Source of the DNA: Minisyncoccota bacterium
GTDB lineage: Bacteria > Patescibacteriota > Minisyncoccia > Moranbacterales > GCA-2747515
Length of the DNA stretch: 64,000 nucleotides
Assembly (NCBI GenBank): GCA_937936355.1
Contig: CALDDM010000008.1
Span: forward strand, 19,454 to 83,453
Reading direction: 5' to 3'
Position numbers and translations under genes: made by a program
Shown here: one piece after another, positions 28,243 through 34,860 of the stretch
Layout of the letters: every line of letters starts with the position of its first letter
How positions within the stretch are numbered: the first letter of the stretch is position 1
Notes under the pieces: generated by a model
The model's database searches: none
The model's input: the letters and a program-made list of their open reading frames with translations, nothing else
Told to the model about the DNA's origin: nothing

Positions 28243-28734
28243 TTATTCTTTAGCTTTTATCTCTCCCTCGATAAATGCGTCATGCTTACCATCAACCTCT
28301 TTACCAACAACTTTACCAGATGCAGCAACAACAAGGCTCGCAATTTCTTTTTGCACACTGCCCATAAGCGATGCCTTCTCTGACTCGATCGCCTTCTTGC
28401 CCTGTGTGATAATTTCTTCCGCCTGCGCCATTGCCTCATCTTGTGCATTTTTGCGCGTTTCGCTTGCCTGCTTTTCTGCACGTGACACGATGTCACCTGC
28501 TTTTTCACGAGCAGCAGCAAGTTCTTCCTCGAGACGATCTTGTGCCTGTTCGCTTTCTTTCTGCGCCTGCTCTGCTTTTGCAATTGTCTGGGCCATTTCC
28601 TTCCTGCGCTTCGCAAGGATGCCAAGAAGTGGCTTATACACCCAGCGATTCAGGAAGTACAAAACAATCCCAAAGTTAAGAATTTGAAATGCAAGTTTCC
28701 ACCCATCGATTCCTAGTTTTCCAAAAATTTCCAT
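28243..28734 (-). CDS. atpF: Fo ATP synthase subunit b
   Basis: 163-aa ORF with one N-terminal TM helix and a long charged coiled coil. It occupies the canonical position. Confidence 0.85.
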   Translation of the reverse strand: MEIFGKLGIDGWKLAFQILNFGIVLYFLNRWVYKPLLGILAKRRKEMAQTIAKAEQAQKESEQAQDRLEEELAAAREKAGDIVSRAEKQASETRKNAQDEAMAQAEEIITQGKKAIESEKASLMGSVQKEIASLVVAASGKVVGKEVDGKHDAFIEGEIKAKE

Positions 28735-28748
28735 AAAATCATCAGTAG

Positions 28749-28775
28749 CTAGAAACTAGTAACTAGTAACTAGAG
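28749..28775. repeat. tandem heptamer repeat (A/G)ACTAG(T/A), 3-4 copies
   Basis: CTAGAAACTAGTAACTAGTAACTAGAG lies 15-40 nt upstream of the atpF start and contains two ACTAGT palindromes. Confidence 0.6.
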
Positions 28776-28850
28776 ACTGAAAATACTCAATTTAACAATC
28801 GTCTCGCCTTTAAAAATTTTATGCATGAGTACAGTTCGAGGCGCGAGGAA

Positions 28851-28893
28851 GAATTTTTTGTAAGTCGTATGGACATACGATGTTGAAAAATTC
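28851..28893 (-). other. composite intra-operon hairpin in the atpE-atpF spacer
   Basis: An outer stem GAAUUUUU/AAAAAUUC (8 bp) encloses an inner stem UCGUAUG/CAUACGA (6-7 bp). The element sits about 40 nt after the atpE stop. Confidence 0.5.
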
Positions 28894-28931
28894 TGAATCG
28901 ACAACGAAGAAATGTGCCACGCAGGAAATTT

Positions 28932-29177
<246 letters not shown>

Positions 29178-29259
29178 TTAATCTAATTATAATTATTATT
29201 GAGATATGATCTCTGTAAAATCCTCTATAAAGACTTTACAGAGATAACATCTTTCTCAT

Positions 29260-30204
29260 TTAGTGATCATGTGCGGTCGTTGCTTGCTTGACAAAGAATA
29301 GCGTCAGCAAAGCAAAAACAGCAGCTTGCAAGACACCTACACCCATCTCAAAGAGCATGATTGGAACAGGAAACGGCACAGGAATCTTGATCCAATCAAA
29401 TACAATTCCCTGCAGAGTAATCGCCAAAAGCACAATAATCTCACCCGCAAAGATATTTCCAAACAAACGAAACGATAGAGAGATGAGGCGCGCAAGCTCA
29501 CTAATGAGCTCAATAATCCCTACAAAGAAATTAATCGGTGACGAGAAATTGAAGAAGTTACCCAGGTACTTCATACCTTGCGTGCGAAATCCCATAAACT
29601 CTATAAACACAAATGAGATAATCGCCAACCCAAGCGTCATGTTGAGATCTGCATTTGGACCACGCAACAGATGAAGAATTTTCTCCTTGCCACCCTCTAA
29701 CTCTTTGACAATCTCTACAGAGCCAACCCCCGGAATGAACTCAATCCAATTCGCCACCAAGATATACAGAAACAGTGTCGTAATCAGCGGAAATGCAATT
29801 GTTGTTACACGATCATTACCCAGGATCTTACTCATCTCATCGTGAATATAACCGACAAGACTCTCAAAGAAGATCTGCAACCTCCCCGGCACGCCAGTAG
29901 TCGTAATCCGGCGACCAACAAAAAAGGCGACACCTATCAAAACAAGAGAAGCAATCACTGACGTAACAAGCGTGTTGGAAATCATAAAATTTCCAATCTG
30001 TGCGATGTTGTCTGGTATAAAAACAACATGAATCGGACTATCTGCATGACCTGCAGCATGCGTCGCACTGTCAGTAGCACCATATAATTGGGTTGACACA
30101 TCTTGACTATGCGCATCTGCGGGACCAACGCCACCAGAAACAGTTCCCTGCTCTAGCTGTGGAAAGCGCTCAAGATTTTCTGTGATAACTGTTGGTTCTG
30201 CCAT
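29260..30204 (-). CDS. atpB: Fo ATP synthase subunit a (long N-terminal extension)
   Basis: It contains the conserved LSFRLFGNIFAGE (essential Arg). The start is either the ATG at 30204 (MAEPTV...) or the one at 30267. About 90 aa precede the first TM helix. Confidence 0.9.
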   Translation of the reverse strand: MAEPTVITENLERFPQLEQGTVSGGVGPADAHSQDVSTQLYGATDSATHAAGHADSPIHVVFIPDNIAQIGNFMISNTLVTSVIASLVLIGVAFFVGRRITTTGVPGRLQIFFESLVGYIHDEMSKILGNDRVTTIAFPLITTLFLYILVANWIEFIPGVGSVEIVKELEGGKEKILHLLRGPNADLNMTLGLAIISFVFIEFMGFRTQGMKYLGNFFNFSSPINFFVGIIELISELARLISLSFRLFGNIFAGEIIVLLAITLQGIVFDWIKIPVPFPVPIMLFEMGVGVLQAAVFALLTLFFVKQATTAHDH

Positions 30205-30398
30205 TTCCAAATAAGTAGTGAGCCGACTATAAAAATGCGGTACACTTGCTAGTGAATTACGCAGCATTTAAACCCATATTTTCACAACAAACGTCGCTAT
30301 GGCCACAAGGAAAGAGCGAAGTGCTCATCACAGGCGCAAATATCAACCATTAGCGTTAATTTGTCCCCTCTATATGAGTTCAAATGAACCACACCTCT

Positions 30399-30426
30399 AG
30401 TATACAGAAAAAATGATTTTTCGCAA
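30399..30426 (-). promoter_or_regulatory. candidate atp operon promoter TTGCGA-N16-TATACT
   Basis: On the minus strand, the -35 hexamer is at 30421-30426 and the -10 hexamer at 30399-30404. The promoter immediately follows the upstream terminator. Confidence 0.4.
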
Positions 30427-30458
30427 GAAAAAAAGGAGGTCCGCTTCGCGAATCCTCC
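30427..30458 (-). terminator. rho-independent terminator of the lipoprotein gene
   Basis: On the minus strand, GGAGG-A-UUCGC-GAA-GCGGA-CCUCC (10 bp, one bulge, GAA loop) is followed by UUUUUUUC. Confidence 0.7.
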
Positions 30459-30498
30459 CCTCCCCTGCACGGGATATCAACTATCAACAATAAACGAG

Positions 30499-31035
30499 TC
30501 AGCACTCAGTCTGGCGTATAGTACGACCAGCCATCGGTAACCACTTACTATTTTGGTAAACAGTAAAGGTACTCTCACCCCCTGGCACACCAAGACAAAG
30601 CATCCGATATTTTTTTGCCAGATCATTAAGTGGATGGTGCTCAGAAAAGCTCACACTCCCATAAATCAAATGGCACTCATATGGATTTTGTCTGTTATAT
30701 CGATCTCCAAATTGCACATACACTGCAATATTCTTGGCGGTTTCAAATCGAGAAATATTTGACCACTCCGGCGTAGTCCAGCCTGCCATACGCATTTTTC
30801 CACTTGGCTTTTTCACTGGATGGCGATCAAGAAATGGCCGGGATAGTCCTGGACACGCACCTTTCTTGACGAGATGCATTCCCGACTCAGGCACTGCCCG
30901 CACAGGACTCCTTTCATATAAATCATCAGCTACCGCAGGTGGCGGTACCAGCACCACATGATCAACTGCACATCCCGACAAAAAAACCACTGCCATAACC
31001 AAGCCGCACATGATATCTCTTATACGATTTTTCAT
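30499..31035 (-). CDS. orphan lipoprotein
   Basis: 178-aa ORF with a signal peptide and lipobox (VVFLSGC|AVD). GGGGAG lies 5 nt upstream of the ATG, and the gene has its own terminator. I recognised no family motif. Confidence 0.75.
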   Translation of the reverse strand: MKNRIRDIMCGLVMAVVFLSGCAVDHVVLVPPPAVADDLYERSPVRAVPESGMHLVKKGACPGLSRPFLDRHPVKKPSGKMRMAGWTTPEWSNISRFETAKNIAVYVQFGDRYNRQNPYECHLIYGSVSFSEHHPLNDLAKKYRMLCLGVPGGESTFTVYQNSKWLPMAGRTIRQTEC

Positions 31036-31211
31036 TCTTACTCCCCATCTGTAAAGTTGCTGTACCTAATATGTACTAACAAAAGCCTACTACAGAGGAC
31101 TAACTTCGTCAATAAAAGAGAGATAAATAAAAAAAGCAACTCAAAAAAGTAACTCATTAGATCAACGCGTGAACCTCATAATCATCACAAAACTCAGCGA
31201 TCATGTCATTA

Positions 31212-31247
31212 TACAAATTAAAATGCGCAGCAAAAGATTTGCTGCGC
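31212..31247 (-). terminator. rho-independent terminator of the secreted-protein gene
   Basis: On the minus strand, GCGCAGCAAA-UCU-UUUGCUGCGC forms a 10-bp stem followed by AUUUUAAUUUG. Confidence 0.7.
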
Positions 31248-31270
31248 ACCATGCCGCTATACCGTGAAAA

Positions 31271-31894
31271 TCAACTCCTTCTGGGACAAGATAAAAGGTA
31301 AGCAAATGTCCCGCCACCGTCAGATGGATTCTTGAAATAATCTCGTTGCCACAGAAGAACCTTCGGCCCGCTCCATGCCTGGTACTCAGCTCGAGTGACG
31401 CCAGTGTACTCAACATTTGCCACACTTTCATGGACATCCGGGCAGATAAATTCCAAAGTCTTTATCTGGTCGTCAGCATACCCATCTGTAAAACCGGTAT
31501 TACCGGTGATCTTCAAGCAAAGACGAGAGCCATTAGGTATCTTATTGTGTTCATAGAACACAAGCGATGACTCCACCCTTTTAAGTCCCTGCGACTCAAT
31601 CGCCGTCGCATTGGACCAGATTGTTTGATAACCATCAAGCTGTGGCTCATCAGGTCGAGCGGTCCATCCATGCAGAACGCTAAACCTGTAGCGCTTTGCT
31701 TCCGGTGTAATGCCCCACTCACCGGGCAGCGTCACCGACTGAGTCACACACTCTCCAGCTACAACACTCAAGTGAGGATTATCCTCAATCGAATGGTGAA
31801 AAATATCAATGCCAGTGCGATCATGCGCGTTAGCACCAGCACTACAAAAGATAATTGATGCAACACTCACAGTCTTTAAGATTATTTTGAACAT
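31271..31894 (-). CDS. orphan secreted protein (predicted mature N-terminus His)
   Basis: 207-aa ORF. The signal peptide MFKIILKTVSVASIIFCSAGANA|HDRTG has an AXA cleavage motif. GGAGG lies 6 nt upstream of the ATG, and the gene has its own promoter and terminator. Confidence 0.8.
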   Translation of the reverse strand: MFKIILKTVSVASIIFCSAGANAHDRTGIDIFHHSIEDNPHLSVVAGECVTQSVTLPGEWGITPEAKRYRFSVLHGWTARPDEPQLDGYQTIWSNATAIESQGLKRVESSLVFYEHNKIPNGSRLCLKITGNTGFTDGYADDQIKTLEFICPDVHESVANVEYTGVTRAEYQAWSGPKVLLWQRDYFKNPSDGGGTFAYLLSCPRRS

Positions 31895-31954
31895 GACATA
31901 CCTCCACAGGTTTTGTCAGAATAAAAGAAGAACATCAGTTTTTAAACCAAATGC

Positions 31955-31983
31955 ATTCTATCACATATATTCATTATAGTCAA
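31955..31983 (-). promoter_or_regulatory. promoter TTGACT-N17-TAGAAT (with TGn extension)
   Basis: On the minus strand, the -35 hexamer is at 31978-31983 and the -10 hexamer at 31955-31960, about 55 nt upstream of the ATG at 31894. Confidence 0.5.
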
Positions 31984-32085
31984 TAGACACGCATAGAAAA
32001 AAATTACACGACTCAACCCCTGACGCACAGTCAGAACCGCCAAGAAACAATCTTTCCATAAATTGAGTGATTTAGTTTAAATTAT

Positions 32086-32113
32086 AAAAAACCGGCCACA
32101 CAGTCGTGACCGG
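32086..32113 (-). terminator. rho-independent terminator of the small-ORF operon
   Basis: On the minus strand, CCGGUCAC-GACUGU-GUGGCCGG (one mismatch) is followed by UUUUUUAUAAUUU. Confidence 0.65.
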
Positions 32114-32159
32114 ATTCTATTTCAGATTTTTTTTGCTTTTAATGCATCTAACCAGTTAC

Positions 32160-32246
32160 TCAGATATCTACTAGTGTACACTCAACACAAGAGATCGCAG
32201 TTAGAAATATGTAACCCCAAACAAAGCTATCCAAGAGATCCTTCAT
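32160..32246 (-). CDS. candidate 28-aa hydrophobic micro-ORF
   Basis: The peptide is MKDLLDSFVWGYIFLTAISCVECTLVDI. Its ATG lies 8 nt after the stop of the 60-aa ORF, with no SD. It is below the ORF-track cutoff and was translated by hand. Confidence 0.3.
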   Translation of the reverse strand: MKDLLDSFVWGYIFLTAISCVECTLVDI

Positions 32247-32254
32247 CGTTGCAA

Positions 32255-32437
32255 TTATTTCTTCCTGCCCTTTAAAACAAGAAACAACAACAGAAAAAAG
32301 CCAAATGTAACAAGCGCCAAAAAGTTTGGATCTTCTGTGATTGGCATGTGATGGTTTGCATATGCACTCGGGGCAAAAATTACTATGCCGCAGAGAGAGA
32401 AAATCCTTCCTTCTTTTTTACTTTTTATATTATTCAT
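32255..32437 (-). CDS. 60-aa two-TM membrane protein with basic termini
   Basis: The peptide reads MNNIKSKKEGR-[IFSLCGIVIFAPSAYA]-NHHMPITEDPN-[FLALVTFGFFLLLFLVL]-KGRKK. AGGA lies 4 nt upstream of the ATG. Confidence 0.55.
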   Translation of the reverse strand: MNNIKSKKEGRIFSLCGIVIFAPSAYANHHMPITEDPNFLALVTFGFFLLLFLVLKGRKK

Positions 32438-32443
32438 TGTGTC

Positions 32444-32707
32444 CTATCCAGGCGCGTAGATATTCGCTGCCTTGCAGGCAGCGATCGTACCCTGATCCCA
32501 TGACACGCCATACATGAGATAGTATGATTCTATTGCGATCGCCTCAGGCGTCAGCAGATAAATATAGCCATGTAGTGATAGAAACGCTAATCTATACATG
32601 CTATTTCCAAAAACACTACAAAACGCAGAGTACGAATGAGCAACCTCCATCCCTAGCAAATAAACGTCATGACAAATAATCTGATCGATCCTCACCGTCA
32701 TATGCAC
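32444..32707 (-). CDS. hypothetical 87-aa protein
   Basis: This is the only long ORF in any frame here. It ends 7 nt before the 60-aa ORF. I saw no SD and no recognisable motif. Confidence 0.4.
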   Translation of the reverse strand: MHMTVRIDQIICHDVYLLGMEVAHSYSAFCSVFGNSMYRLAFLSLHGYIYLLTPEAIAIESYYLMYGVSWDQGTIAACKAANIYAPG

Positions 32708-32848
32708 TCAAGCAGGCTGCGATGATGTGAATCCAGATATTTTCTTCTTTTTCACTAACCTTTACTCCGTGGATTTAAATTGTAAATATACTATTACCAT
32801 CGATCATAATCGACAGAAAGCACATTAACACAAAATTATTTTTCAGTC

Positions 32849-32880
32849 AAAAAACTAATGTGCAACACTGTGCACATTAG
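32849..32880 (-). terminator. rho-independent terminator after the 27-aa micro-ORF
   Basis: A perfect 10-bp inverted repeat CTAATGTGCA-N6-TGCACATTAG is followed on the minus strand by UUUUUU. Confidence 0.65.
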
Positions 32881-32896
32881 CTCAAAAACTACGCAA

Positions 32897-32980
32897 TCAC
32901 GACCCCGCCAAATGAAGAAAGCAGCTCGCTACAGCGAGGACCAATAGGCCCTCATTTATCAGATTGTCCAACGAAGCCAT
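32897..32980 (-). CDS. candidate 27-aa hydrophobic micro-ORF
   Basis: The peptide is MASLDNLINEGLLVLAVASCFLHLAGS. GGAG lies 12 nt upstream, and the unit has its own promoter and terminator. The transcript could instead be a non-coding sRNA. Confidence 0.35.
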   Translation of the reverse strand: MASLDNLINEGLLVLAVASCFLHLAGS

Positions 32981-33017
32981 AATACACTAACTCCAAACAG
33001 GCAAAATTGCCTCTTCA

Positions 33018-33077
33018 AATATACAAAAAATTGTCTCCAACGTAAATATTGACAGATTCTATATAATAATGTAAAAT
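33018..33077. promoter_or_regulatory. back-to-back divergent promoters
   Basis: The minus-strand promoter is TTTACG (33041-33046)-N17-TATATT (33018-33023). The plus-strand promoter is TTGACA (33049-33054)-N17-TAAAAT (33072-33077). The two -35 boxes are 2 nt apart. Confidence 0.45.
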
Positions 33078-33114
33078 AAAAAATAAATACACAAAAAGCG
33101 AGAGCAAAGTGGAA

Positions 33115-33234
33115 ATGTCAGTATATGATAATCAGGGGCGTGGCAAAAACCCACGTCAATCATCCATTAGAGAAATTATCATCGTCACACTAACTATAAT
33201 TGCGTGGGCAGCAGTGATCTCGCAAATAACCTGA
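33115..33234 (+). CDS. candidate 39-aa single-TM micro-protein
   Basis: The peptide is MSVYDNQGRGKNPRQSSIREIIIVTLTIIAWAAVISQIT. It has a promoter upstream and a perfect hairpin 10 nt downstream. It was translated by hand. Confidence 0.4.
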   Translation: MSVYDNQGRGKNPRQSSIREIIIVTLTIIAWAAVISQIT

Positions 33235-33243
33235 GGTTTAACA

Positions 33244-33268
33244 GGCCACGATCCATTAGATCGTGGCC
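33244..33268 (+). terminator. hairpin terminator
   Basis: GGCCACGATC-CATTA-GATCGTGGCC forms a perfect 10-bp stem. The following U-tract (UUAAC) is weak. Confidence 0.5.
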
Positions 33269-33364
33269 TTAACACTTTACAAAAACCGACTAAGAGCATT
33301 AAGACAAACCACACGATTCATCACAGAAGTCACAACGATAAATACAACCAAACCAAAATCAGAT

Positions 33365-34243
33365 CTACTTTTGCAGTGAAAAGAAAGCACGTGTCGTTTT
33401 TGCAGTACTTTCGATTATTTTCTCTGCAGAGACATCTTTTAGATCCGCTATTCTGCGTGCAACATATTGCACATACCGAGGATCGTTTCGCTTACCACGG
33501 TGCGGGGCGGGCGTCAGATATGGTCCGTCTGTCTCAATCATCACACGATCGAGCGGGATCATTTTTATCACCTGACTCATCTGATCATCATCAGACTTAC
33601 TATATGTCACATTTCCCGTAAATGAGAACGTGACGTTATCCATATCAAGAAACTCCTTCGTCACTGACACATTACCCATGTAACAGTGCACAACAAACCG
33701 CACGTCAGGATAATCAGCAATGATACGCGCACAATCAACGTACGCATCACTCGCTGCCACATCTAGTGGCCTACAATGCACAACAACAGGCAATCCTATC
33801 TTTCGTGCAAGTGCAATCTGCACAACAAAACCTGTTCGTTGCCACTTTTTTTGCGCAGTACTTACAACCACTTCACCAGGGAGAAAATAATCCAAACCAA
33901 TCTCCCCAATCGCAACAACTTTTTTTTCAGTAGCCATCCCCTCTATTTCCTCAACAGATCTCTTCAAATTTTGCATACGCACATCCTCAAGACTATCCGC
34001 ACCCATACCCTCTGCCCACTCAGCGTCTCTTTTGGGGCCACCATTAAAAACATGGGGATGCATACCCACAACAGCGTAAATATTTTCATATTTCTTAGCA
34101 ACATCCAATGCCTGTTGCGATTCGCGCACGCTTGTACCTATATTGATCATCGACTCACCACCATGATCAAAAAACGCGGCAACAACATCACCACATTCAT
34201 CACCATACTTCTTATCATGCAAGTGTATATGAGCATCAATCAT
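33365..34243 (-). CDS. tatD: TatD-family metal-dependent hydrolase/DNase
   Basis: 292-aa ORF with N-terminus MIDAHIHLHD and conserved GEIGLDY, VVHCR and ETDGPYL motifs. Confidence 0.9.
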   Translation of the reverse strand: MIDAHIHLHDKKYGDECGDVVAAFFDHGGESMINIGTSVRESQQALDVAKKYENIYAVVGMHPHVFNGGPKRDAEWAEGMGADSLEDVRMQNLKRSVEEIEGMATEKKVVAIGEIGLDYFLPGEVVVSTAQKKWQRTGFVVQIALARKIGLPVVVHCRPLDVAASDAYVDCARIIADYPDVRFVVHCYMGNVSVTKEFLDMDNVTFSFTGNVTYSKSDDDQMSQVIKMIPLDRVMIETDGPYLTPAPHRGKRNDPRYVQYVARRIADLKDVSAEKIIESTAKTTRAFFSLQK

Positions 34244-34280
34244 AGAAAATTTATTGAAAAATGAAGATCACATTAACACC

Positions 34281-34808
34281 TCAAACTACACCAAGGTCAC
34301 CAAGAAAATCGTAATAGATACCTACCGCCTCTTTTGCTTGTTCATGTGCAATACTCATATCATCATCGTGAACAATCTGATTACGAAAAGCATGGACACT
34401 GTGCAACACATCAGTAGCGTCATACATATCTGCATCAATCTGAGCCAATTGCATACCAAGATTCTCCCCCTCATACCCAACCTCAGACATTGACATATGC
34501 AAAAGATGTTCAGCTTCAAGAACTGCAATCTTCCACTCTGCTGGTGAATCAGTATCGAGTCTATCCATTACACGCTTCCACTCCCGTTTACGCTTGCCAC
34601 CACTCTCACTTATACCAGAAACTCCATACTTCATACTGCGCATGCGCGCCCGCACGTTACCAAGATACATCAGCAGCAAAACGTCTATAATCAAAATAAC
34701 AGCATAGATACCCAAGAGGATCCGCACAACAAGAAAAAAGGTACTGTTCCAAAAAGCTTGAAAGTACGTCTGTATACTAGGTATAAAATTGACGATAAAA
34801 TCCTCCAT
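34281..34808 (-). CDS. hypothetical membrane-anchored protein
   Basis: 175-aa ORF with one N-terminal TM segment (FFLVVRILLGIYAVILIIDVLLLMYL) and an acidic helical C-terminal domain. Confidence 0.65.
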   Translation of the reverse strand: MEDFIVNFIPSIQTYFQAFWNSTFFLVVRILLGIYAVILIIDVLLLMYLGNVRARMRSMKYGVSGISESGGKRKREWKRVMDRLDTDSPAEWKIAVLEAEHLLHMSMSEVGYEGENLGMQLAQIDADMYDATDVLHSVHAFRNQIVHDDDMSIAHEQAKEAVGIYYDFLGDLGVV

Positions 34809-34860
34809 ACTTCTCCATTTTCCTTTGGTTAGAATCTGCAGTCAGCAAACAATGCAGCAG

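Noticed and set aside
28202-28687. 161-aa plus-strand and 122-aa minus-strand alternative-frame ORFs over atpF
   Set aside because: The atpF frame gives a canonical b subunit, with a TM helix and a charged coiled coil. The alternatives are Ala/Ser/Arg-rich artefacts of the repetitive GAA/GCA codon content.
28749-28775. CRISPR-like or other defence repeat array
   Set aside because: There are only 3-4 contiguous 7-nt units with no spacers, which makes this a microsatellite-type repeat. I saw no CRISPR array or cas genes anywhere in the window.
32255-32437. LPXTG sortase substrate call for the 60-aa ORF (MPITE)
   Set aside because: The motif deviates at both key positions, L to M and G to E, and there would be essentially no cargo. 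It is reported only as one of two architectural readings, not as a sortase substrate.
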